This document shows positions 24,863-32,000 of a stretch of DNA of 32,000 nt, one piece after another. The stretch is taken from NCBI RefSeq assembly GCF_000039765.1, contig NC_004459.3, positions 2,031,127 to 2,063,126 on the forward strand, given 5' to 3'. The notes under the pieces are model-generated. The model was given only the letters and a program-made list of their open reading frames with translations, searched no databases and was not told the origin of the DNA. This stretch comes from Vibrio vulnificus CMCP6. GTDB lineage: Bacteria > Pseudomonadota > Gammaproteobacteria > Enterobacterales > Vibrionaceae. A program made the position numbers and the translations under genes. Position 1 is the first letter of the stretch. Each line of letters begins with the position of its first letter.

Positions 24863-27175
24863 ATGTGCTCAAAACATACTGCTTGTCAGTCAAATAAAAT
24901 CATTGCCAAACCGGCTGCGGTATCGAGCTGCAGCCCGAGCTTAGCCGCTAGCAAAATGACCGCAATTTCATCGGTAGCAGACAGTTGTTGCAGCTCAGAT
25001 GCGTGCTCAAGCTCAGATCCGAATGAAGAGAGTGAGCGGCGAGAGGCCCCCTTAGCTCAAAGCGCGTCGGAGCGACAAAGTTGGCTCATCTCCGGTATGG
25101 ATTGCCCGTCTTGCGCTCAGAAATTGGAAAAAGCCGTCTTGGGTGTGGCCGGAGTTCAGCAGGCGAAAGTGTTGTTTGCCACCGAGAAGTTGGTGGTGGA
25201 TTTCGCTTCTACGTCATTAATGGCAGAGATTGAACAAGTCGCGGCAAAAACAGGTTTTCCAATTACGCTCGTTGGTTCATCGGCAGCGAAGGCAACTACG
25301 GCGCCTCAACCTCAAGGTTGGCTCGGTTTTGTTTACGCCAACTGGCACATTTTAGCCATTGCCTTTTCCATGGCTATCGCCGCTCTATTGGCGACGGTTT
25401 CCGAACCGTTAAGTAATGGTTTATTTGTTCTAACCTGTTTGGCGGGTTTATACCCTGTGGCGAAGAAAGCCGTGCGCCTTGCTCGCAGCGGAACCCCTTT
25501 CGCCATTGAGACGCTGATGAGCGTGGCGGCCATTGGTGCACTTTATCTTGGTGAAAGCGTGGAAGCGGCCATGGTTTTACTGCTGTTTTTAATTGGTGAG
25601 AAATTGGAAGCGTACGCCGCCTCAAGAGCAAGAAGTGGCGTTCAAGCGTTAATGGCCTTAGTGCCGGAAAACAGCATTAAAATTGTCGATGGTCAACGAG
25701 TAGAAGTGGCGGCAAGTGAGTTGATGCCAGGTGATGTGGTTGAAATTGCGCCCGGTTCTCGTTTGCCTGCGGATGGCTTGCTCCTTACGCTAACGGCCAG
25801 TTTTGATGAAAGTGCGTTGACGGGAGAATCGGTGCCCGCAGAGCATACCTCTGGTGCGAAGCTGATGGCGGGTGTGGTGGCTGTCGATAAAGTCGTGCGC
25901 ATCGAAGTCACCTCAAAACAAGGTGAAAATGCGATAGATCGTATTTTGCATCTCATCGAAGAGGCGGAATCGCGCAAAGCACCACTGGAGCGTTTCTTAG
26001 ACAAATTCAGCCGTTGGTACACACCATTAATGATGTTGGTGTCGTTGGCCGTGATCGTCGTACCGCCAATGTTCTTCGCCCAGCCTTGGGAAACGTGGGT
26101 GTATCGCGGTTTGGCTTTGCTACTGATTGCTTGTCCTTGTGCTTTGGTGATCTCAACGCCGGCAGCAATTACTTCTGGCCTTGCTGCGGCAGCCAAACGT
26201 GGCGCCTTGATCAAAGGTGGCGCGGCGTTAGAACAGCTTGGTAAAGTCGAAGCGGTTGCCTTTGATAAAACCGGCACACTTACACAAGGCAAACCGCAAG
26301 TGACAGATGTGGTGTCATTCCTCTATGACGATGAAACCTTGTTGAGTTTGAGCGCAGCGGTGGAAGTGGGTTCGAGTCACCCTTTAGCGGTTGCGTTGAT
26401 TAATCACACCGAGAGTTTGGGTTACACCATTGCGGAAGCAACGGACAAAATGGCTCAAGTTGGGGCGGGCGTTTCCGGTTTCGTTGATGGTAAAAGCGTG
26501 GAGCTGGTGGCCCCTTCACGAGCCCAATTTCCACTCTCCTTGCAACTAGAAAGAGAAATTGTCCGCTTAGAAGGGCAAGGGAAAACCGTGGTGATTGTGC
26601 GTCATGATAGTGAGGCCATCGGGCTCATCGCATGGCAAGATACATTGCGCAAAGACGCAGCTCAAGCGGTGGTCGCGCTGGGTAAACTGGGCGTTTCTGC
26701 GGTGATGTTGACAGGTGATAACCCTCGCAGTGCTCAAGCCATTGCTCAGCAGATTGGCATTGATTACCAAGCGAGCTTATTGCCAGCAGACAAAGTCCAC
26801 TATGTGGAGCAGTTTGCCGCAAGCAAGACCGTTGCCATGGTTGGAGATGGCATCAACGATGCGCCTGCCATGAAAGCGGCGAGTATTGGTATCGCCATGG
26901 GCGGAGGAACCGACGTCGCCCTTGAAACGGCGGATGCTGCGCTTACGCATAATCGCTTGGTTGAGTTGCCAAGCATGATAGAGCTCTCACGCGCCACAAT
27001 GAGCATCATCCGTCAAAATGTCGCGTTGTCATTGGGTCTAAAAGGGGTGTTTCTTGTCACCAGCTTGCTTGGCATCACCGGGTTATGGGTGGCGGTATTA
27101 GCGGACAGTGGCGCAACGGCATTGGTCACACTAAACGCACTGCGATTGTTACGATTCCGTTCCTCAAATGAATAA
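24863..27175 (+). CDS. zntA: ZntA-type Zn/Cd/Pb-translocating P1B-ATPase
   Basis: Has a Cys-rich N-terminus, a GMDCPSCA metal-binding domain, the CPC motif (IACPCALVISTP), phosphorylation site DKTGTLT, MLTGDN and VGDGINDAPA. The ATG at 24863, preceded by AAGGA, fits the promoter. The tool's start at 24782 lies upstream of the -35 box. Confidence 0.9.
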   Translation: MCSKHTACQSNKIIAKPAAVSSCSPSLAASKMTAISSVADSCCSSDACSSSDPNEESERREAPLAQSASERQSWLISGMDCPSCAQKLEKAVLGVAGVQQAKVLFATEKLVVDFASTSLMAEIEQVAAKTGFPITLVGSSAAKATTAPQPQGWLGFVYANWHILAIAFSMAIAALLATVSEPLSNGLFVLTCLAGLYPVAKKAVRLARSGTPFAIETLMSVAAIGALYLGESVEAAMVLLLFLIGEKLEAYAASRARSGVQALMALVPENSIKIVDGQRVEVAASELMPGDVVEIAPGSRLPADGLLLTLTASFDESALTGESVPAEHTSGAKLMAGVVAVDKVVRIEVTSKQGENAIDRILHLIEEAESRKAPLERFLDKFSRWYTPLMMLVSLAVIVVPPMFFAQPWETWVYRGLALLLIACPCALVISTPAAITSGLAAAAKRGALIKGGAALEQLGKVEAVAFDKTGTLTQGKPQVTDVVSFLYDDETLLSLSAAVEVGSSHPLAVALINHTESLGYTIAEATDKMAQVGAGVSGFVDGKSVELVAPSRAQFPLSLQLEREIVRLEGQGKTVVIVRHDSEAIGLIAWQDTLRKDAAQAVVALGKLGVSAVMLTGDNPRSAQAIAQQIGIDYQASLLPADKVHYVEQFAASKTVAMVGDGINDAPAMKAASIGIAMGGGTDVALETADAALTHNRLVELPSMIELSRATMSIIRQNVALSLGLKGVFLVTSLLGITGLWVAVLADSGATALVTLNALRLLRFRSSNE

Positions 27176-27195
27176 TAGACAGTGTGAATCTATAG

Positions 27196-27223
27196 AGCCC
27201 GCATTTATGATGCGGGCTTTTTG
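27196..27223 (+). terminator. rho-independent terminator after zntA
   Basis: agcccgcat-ttatg-atgcgggct followed by ttttg. Confidence 0.8.
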
Positions 27224-27317
27224 TTGGCATTTCTTATGCAATTTGGCTGAAAATTGCAGACAAAGTGTGATGCAAACCGGTTTTTCTAAGTAATAAGTTT
27301 TTGTTACATTCTTTCAT

Positions 27318-27333
27318 TGTGACTCTGATCACT
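27318..27333. promoter_or_regulatory. candidate CRP site upstream of udp
   Basis: TGTGA-ctctga-TCACT matches TGTGA-N6-TCACA at 9 of 10 positions, about 95 nt upstream of the udp ATG. E. coli udp is CRP/CytR controlled. Confidence 0.45.
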
Positions 27334-27426
27334 CCAAGTTGTGGGGAGGTTGAGTAAAGTGCATTTTTAGACCCCTACAAATTTATCTGAGCTTATTTTC
27401 AAGTAAGCCGCAATAAGGAGTGACTT

Positions 27427-28185
27427 ATGTCTCAAGCTGTTTTCCACTTAGGTGTTACTGAAGCAGATCTTAACGGTGCAACGCTAGCGATCATCCCAGG
27501 TGATCCTGCGCGTGTACAAAAAATTGCTGAAGAAATGGAAAACCCAGTATTTCTAGCTAGCCATCGTGAGTACACCTTGTACCGTGCAGAGCTAGATGGC
27601 AAACCAGTGGTTGTTTGTTCAACGGGTATCGGCGGTCCTTCTACTTCTATTGCGGTTGAAGAGTTGGCTCAACTGGGTGTGCGTACTTTCCTACGTGTTG
27701 GTACAACGGGTGCGATCCAGCCGCATGTTAACGTGGGTGACATGATCGTCACGACAGGCTCTGTTCGTCTAGATGGTGCGAGCTTGCACTTTGCGCCAAT
27801 GGAGTTCCCTGCAGTAGCTGACTTCGACGTGGCAACGGCAATGAAAGCGGCAGCACAAGAGAGTGGTGCAACGGTTCACACTGGTGTTACTGCGTCAAGT
27901 GATACCTTCTACCCAGGTCAAGAGCGTTACGATACCTTTACGGGGCGCGTAGTGAGCCGTTTCCAAGGCTCAATGAAAGAGTGGCAGGACATGGGCGTAC
28001 TGAACTTTGAAATGGAATCAGCGACGTTGTTGACCATGTGTGCAAGCTCTGGTCTACGCGCGGGTTGTGTTGCGGGTGTTATCATCAACCGTACACAAAA
28101 AGAGATCCCAGATCACGCGACGCTAAAAGAGACGGAAGCTCGCTCTATCAAAGTGGTTGTCGAGTCTGCACGTAAAATGCTGTAA
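27427..28185 (+). CDS. udp: uridine phosphorylase
   Basis: 252 aa and near-colinear with E. coli Udp as remembered (VFHLG.T..DL.GATLAI.PGDP.RV.KIA...[49 protein letters not shown]...). Confidence 0.95.
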   Translation: MSQAVFHLGVTEADLNGATLAIIPGDPARVQKIAEEMENPVFLASHREYTLYRAELDGKPVVVCSTGIGGPSTSIAVEELAQLGVRTFLRVGTTGAIQPHVNVGDMIVTTGSVRLDGASLHFAPMEFPAVADFDVATAMKAAAQESGATVHTGVTASSDTFYPGQERYDTFTGRVVSRFQGSMKEWQDMGVLNFEMESATLLTMCASSGLRAGCVAGVIINRTQKEIPDHATLKETEARSIKVVVESARKML

Positions 28186-28210
28186 TCACATTGCACTGAT
28201 TGAATGAAGA

Positions 28211-28244
28211 AACCCCGAGGCAATCGCTTCGGGGTTTTTGTTTG
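28211..28244 (+). terminator. rho-independent terminator after udp
   Basis: aaccccgagg-caatcg-cttcggggtt followed by tttgtttg. Confidence 0.75.
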
Positions 28245-28294
28245 TCGGTTGAAAAAACAATTGGTCTTTTAAGCCCCTCCAAGCAAGACGGGAA

Positions 28295-29455
28295 TTAGAT
28301 CCCGTCGCTACCACCTGCTTGTGCAAACCACTCTGTGAGATGCTTTTTCAAATCTTTCAATTCATCAGGGCCGATCAGCGCTAAGCCAAGATCCTCTGCA
28401 CGGGTAATATCGTTGTGACGCAGTGGACGGAAGCTTACCAACATGGCTCTTGCTTGTAGGCCACCGAGTAGGTCACGCAGTGATTCAAGCTTATAAAGCG
28501 TATCGTCGCCGTCATCACGCATGCCCTTCGTCTTACATTCAATGATGTGCAGTTTATTGTTAACCACAGAGGCGACATCAAGCTCATTACGCACTTCGCG
28601 CTCACCAAGTTGACGATAGACCTGAACATTGAGCGAGTGGTCTTGAATGGTGGGCATGTCATCTTGGATCTGTTTGACGGTGCTGTGAACCAGTGTCTCT
28701 AACCATTCGCCATTGGAGAAACGACGAGCGTCTTCATTGGCAAAGGTAAGAATGCCGTTTTCGTAAGTGGCGATCTGCGCTTCCACCAAATCTGCCAGCA
28801 GCATATTCAGCTCGCGATAGCCTTGCTGCTTTTCAGATAACTCTACATCCAGCTTTTGCTCTTTGCGGCATGTCGTAGCGAGATAGTTTAAAGTCGCCAA
28901 ACCAGGGCCTAATTCCAAAGCGTGACTGGCCCAACGCTCGCCGAGTTCATGCAATTTTTGGTCAAGTTGAGGTGGCAGTTCGACCTCATTGAACTCACCG
29001 CGCGCACCAAAGATAGTGAGATAATCAGCAACGGTAATGCGGTCTTGTACTTGAGTGTCTTCACGGCCATCAGGATAGAGCCAGCACAGTTTGTCGCTGT
29101 TTGGTTCAACCACAAAAATTGGCCAATGGTAAGTGCGGAATACCTCATAAACAGAAAGAAGGCGATGACGCAGGCCACAACTGGCGTTCAGTTTGACATC
29201 TTCCCCGCGGCTTTTGAGATCTTCAGCTAAGGCCTGAATAGATTGTTTGATCAAACGAGTATCGACGACAGAGGGGATGACAAACAGTTCGGAAGTGATA
29301 TCACGCTGAGCAAGCACAGAATGAAGTCTTTGATACATATCGCGTTGAGACTCATCACCGATAAACACGATATGAGTGCTGACGGTACGCAGATCGAGGA
29401 GAGGAGTCACCAGTCTGACAGGGTCCTGATCAATGATACCAACGTGTACAGCCAT
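28295..29455 (-). CDS. DUF1887/Card1-like protein: CARF-like N-terminal domain fused to a PD-(D/E)xK nuclease-like C-terminal domain
   Basis: 386-aa ORF. The C-terminal part has GEWLETLVH followed by ELDVASVVNNKLHIIECKTKG (D-x13-E-x-K, a restriction-endonuclease-like core). The N-terminal Rossmann-like beta-alpha pattern starts with VHVGIID. The family assignment is from motif memory only. Confidence 0.55.
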   Translation of the reverse strand: MAVHVGIIDQDPVRLVTPLLDLRTVSTHIVFIGDESQRDMYQRLHSVLAQRDITSELFVIPSVVDTRLIKQSIQALAEDLKSRGEDVKLNASCGLRHRLLSVYEVFRTYHWPIFVVEPNSDKLCWLYPDGREDTQVQDRITVADYLTIFGARGEFNEVELPPQLDQKLHELGERWASHALELGPGLATLNYLATTCRKEQKLDVELSEKQQGYRELNMLLADLVEAQIATYENGILTFANEDARRFSNGEWLETLVHSTVKQIQDDMPTIQDHSLNVQVYRQLGEREVRNELDVASVVNNKLHIIECKTKGMRDDGDDTLYKLESLRDLLGGLQARAMLVSFRPLRHNDITRAEDLGLALIGPDELKDLKKHLTEWFAQAGGSDGI

Positions 29456-29540
29456 AACATTTCCTTCTCAGTACGGCTTGCAAAAAATGAGGATGTGAAA
29501 GAGAGTGCAAGCGCCTGATCTCCATATGTAGACACAGCGC

Positions 29541-29577
29541 ATAAAAAACAAGGGCAACTTTGTCAAAAGTTGCCCTT
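29541..29577 (-). terminator. rho-independent terminator of the minus-strand MCP gene
   Basis: aagggcaactt-tgtcaa-aagttgccctt is a perfect 11-bp stem. On the minus strand it is followed by gtttttttat. Confidence 0.85.
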
Positions 29578-29619
29578 ACCGGATGACTTTCCCCCGTTTG
29601 AGGGGATTTCTGTTGAAAT

Positions 29620-31611
29620 TTAGAGCTTAAAGCGATGCACCAATTCAGTCTGTTGACTCGCTAAGCTAGAGAGGCTCTCGCTGGTGGCTGCGATTTCCGC
29701 CATCGCATGGTAACTACGGTCTGCGATGTTATTGATGTCTTCCAAGCTACGTGCAATAGAGGTTGACGTTTCGCTCTGTTCTGCGGCCGCTTGTGAAATG
29801 TGCGTACTCATTTGGCTGATTTCGATGATCAACGCCTGAATCTCTTCCATCGCGCCGTTGGCTTTCGAGGCTTGCTCTACCGACATCTCCATATCACTCA
29901 TGCAACTTTGAATCACATGGCTTGCCGACTGCGAGCTAGACTGCAGATTGCTGATCATCGATTCAATTTCAGTGGTTGATTGGGTGGTCTTCGATGCGAG
30001 TACTCGAACTTCGTCTGCAACCACCGCAAAGCCGCGGCCTTGCTCGCCCGCACGCGCAGCTTCAATTGCCGCGTTGAGGGCAAGGAGGTTGGTTTGCTCT
30101 GCAATGTTGCGAATCACATCGAGAATCGAGCCAATTTGACCACTCATGCGTTGCAATTCAGAAACCGCGCTGACCGACTCGTTTAGGCGAGTCTCCAATT
30201 GATTGATGGTGGAGATATTGCTACTCATGATGGTACGGCCAGATTCAGATGCCGATTCCACTTTTTGCACCATTTCCAACGAACCTTGCGCGCTCTGGGC
30301 CACTTCTTGAACGGAGTGACTCATTTCGGTCATTGCAGTGGCTACGCTGGCGGTTTGCTCGCGTTGTGCATTCAGTTGGTTTTGCGCGTTGCTCGAGGTA
30401 CGTTCATTGTTTGCTGCGGTGTCGGTCAGATTTTCTGCCGCATCATTCAATTTCACCAAAATGTCGTGCAGGCTATCTGCCAGTGTATTGATGTGGCCAC
30501 TCACTCGACTGAACTCGTTGTTGTAACGAATTTCGATACGCTGCGTCATATCACCGTTGGCAAGCCCTTCCAAAGTGGAAAGAATACGTGTTAACGGCTC
30601 ACGAACGCTGTGGGCAATGTGATAGCCCACAGCGGCGGCAAAAATGGTCACCGCAATGCCAATCACAATCGCTTTGAGCAAGCCTTGGTCGTACACTTCG
30701 CCTGCTTCAACCAAAGAGGTGTTGAGGTTGTCGGTTGCTGTTGTAGTAAAGGTTTCCAACAATCGCATCGCAGAGTCAACTTTGACCGCTAGGTTGGCGA
30801 TGTTGTCATACAAAGCAGCTTTGGCTTCAAGGTAGCTGGCGTGTTTATCCAACACCCCGCCTTTTTGGCCCACGTCCTGAGTGAACTGCTCGACAGATGC
30901 ATTGAACACATCTTTCAGTGATGGCAGTTGGGTAGTGAGGCCACGATAAGCGTAATTAAGGTGAGTGACCGCTTTCTTGTTTTTGTTCACTGCCTTTTTC
31001 ACAAACTCAAGGTCTGAGCTAGCCAAGGCGTCTGAGGTGATCACTTCAGCATCTTTTAACTTAATGAAATAGCTTTTTGCCATCACTTTGACAGAAATGC
31101 TGGATTGGTCATCGACGTACTCTTTCATACCAACCGTCAGTTCGGTGTGAAGTTTTTGGAAGCGACGTGACGATTTTTGCACTTCTGCTTGTGCAGCAAA
31201 CATCGCTTCATAGTTGTTCATTGCTTCATTGGCTTCCGCAAAGTAGCTGTTTTCAATTTCTCTGAGTTGAGCTAAAGACTCTGCGAGTGCAGGGTAGGCC
31301 TTGCTCGCGTTTTCCAGTTCGTTGAGCGTTTGGTTAAACTCAGTTTGCGATCTACCAAATTCGCTGCGCATCTGCGTCATGCGATCTTGGTTCTGCGTGG
31401 TGAGAAAATCTTTAAAAGATTTATCCGCAGATAACAACTCAACACTGGTTTGGTTGGATAACGAAACCAAAGGCAGTGAATTTTTCGAAACGGTTTCGAA
31501 GTTGGAATGAATTTGATTCATGCCATTGGTCATAATGGTGACTGTAACGGCAAACAAGACGATTATCAGCGCGAAGCCGGCATACATCCTTTTAATGACT
31601 GAGCCTTGCAT
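29620..31611 (-). CDS. methyl-accepting chemotaxis protein
   Basis: Starts [27 protein letters not shown] (signal-anchor), with GGAGAG upstream of the ATG at 31611. Has a helical periplasmic domain, a second TM, HAMP ([23 protein letters not shown]) and signalling hairpin [37 protein letters not shown]. The tool's 119-aa N-terminal extension to 31968 is rejected. Confidence 0.9.
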   Translation of the reverse strand: MQGSVIKRMYAGFALIIVLFAVTVTIMTNGMNQIHSNFETVSKNSLPLVSLSNQTSVELLSADKSFKDFLTTQNQDRMTQMRSEFGRSQTEFNQTLNELENASKAYPALAESLAQLREIENSYFAEANEAMNNYEAMFAAQAEVQKSSRRFQKLHTELTVGMKEYVDDQSSISVKVMAKSYFIKLKDAEVITSDALASSDLEFVKKAVNKNKKAVTHLNYAYRGLTTQLPSLKDVFNASVEQFTQDVGQKGGVLDKHASYLEAKAALYDNIANLAVKVDSAMRLLETFTTTATDNLNTSLVEAGEVYDQGLLKAIVIGIAVTIFAAAVGYHIAHSVREPLTRILSTLEGLANGDMTQRIEIRYNNEFSRVSGHINTLADSLHDILVKLNDAAENLTDTAANNERTSSNAQNQLNAQREQTASVATAMTEMSHSVQEVAQSAQGSLEMVQKVESASESGRTIMSSNISTINQLETRLNESVSAVSELQRMSGQIGSILDVIRNIAEQTNLLALNAAIEAARAGEQGRGFAVVADEVRVLASKTTQSTTEIESMISNLQSSSQSASHVIQSCMSDMEMSVEQASKANGAMEEIQALIIEISQMSTHISQAAAEQSETSTSIARSLEDINNIADRSYHAMAEIAATSESLSSLASQQTELVHRFKL

Positions 31612-31851
31612 ACTTTGAGCCCTCTCCCACATGTAACAAAAGAAAAAAAGAAACGGAACCCGTCTCAAAAAACTAACAAAATTGTCATCATTGTATTGAG
31701 ATTGAGATGAGCATTTTGTGGCGAGGGCTGCAAAAAAGACTTTATAGCAGGATGTTCTGTTGATAATGTTACGTGAACACTGTTTTTTATTGAGATGCAC
31801 ACAACGTTGGCGCATACTTATCCGGTTAAACAGCGACGTTATGGAGTACAC

Positions 31852-32000
31852 ATGGCCGAAGAAACTATCTTTAGCAAAATCATTCGCAAGGAAATTCCTG
31901 CTCAGATCCTTTTCCAAGATGATCTTGTCACCGCATTTCGTGACATCAACCCACGAGCACCGAAGCACATCCTAATTATTCCAAATAAACTCATTCCGAC
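31852..32000 (+). CDS. hinT: HIT-family purine nucleoside phosphoramidase (HinT), 3'-truncated by the window edge
   Basis: The ATG at 31852 is preceded by GGAG. The translation [49 protein letters not shown] is nearly identical to the E. coli HinT N-terminus as remembered. This ORF is not in the supplied track because it runs off the window. Confidence 0.85.
   Translation, partial: MAEETIFSKIIRKEIPAQILFQDDLVTAFRDINPRAPKHILIIPNKLIP

Noticed and set aside
27266-27281. Second CRP site upstream of udp (TGTGA-tgcaaa-ccggt)
   Set aside because: Only the left half-site matches the consensus and the right half is unrelated. The spacing to the better site at 27318 (52 bp) does not match the E. coli udp arrangement I recall.
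31612-31968. 119-aa N-terminal extension of the minus-strand MCP ORF (the tool calls 29620-31968, 782 aa)
   Set aside because: The extension has no MCP-like sequence and overlaps the hinT promoter and start on the other strand. The internal ATG at 31611 has a GGAGAG RBS and begins with a typical signal-anchor helix.

Overview
The window looks like a Vibrio-type chromosome, judged from the protein sequences (CadC-CadB-CadA, ZntA, Udp, HinT, two MCPs, two GGDEF proteins). It splits into two parts.

**nt 1-11574: integrative genomic island.** By eye it is AT-rich. Its right edge is a 45-nt 3' fragment of a tRNA-Arg(UCU)-like gene, followed by what looks like that gene's native terminator. The left end lies outside the window. 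The island carries:
- a P4-type tyrosine integrase
- a hipBA-like toxin-antitoxin with four perfectly phased operators
- a two-gene ABC-type ATPase + zinc-HNH nuclease operon, which is Septu-like but has an oversized nuclease partner
- an alpA-like regulator operon
- an orphan 394-aa HTH protein
- a 1.25-kb non-coding stretch packed with iteron-like repeats, palindromes and an (AAAAAAC)7 tract

**nt 11575-32000: ordinary core genes.** These are a short TM-only MgtE-like channel, a membrane GGDEF protein, a lipoprotein, an MCP, cadC-cadBA, a PAS-GGDEF protein, a CBS protein, zntA with a MerR/ZntR-type promoter, udp, a DUF1887/Card1-like CARF-nuclease candidate, a second MCP and the start of hinT. 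The cadC-cadB intergenic region holds an ERIC-like element directly followed by two octanucleotide microsatellites.

The best candidate for a new biological system is the ATPase-HNH operon at 4548-7672, together with its island context. All functional calls rest on motifs read by eye and on remembered homologues. No searches were run.
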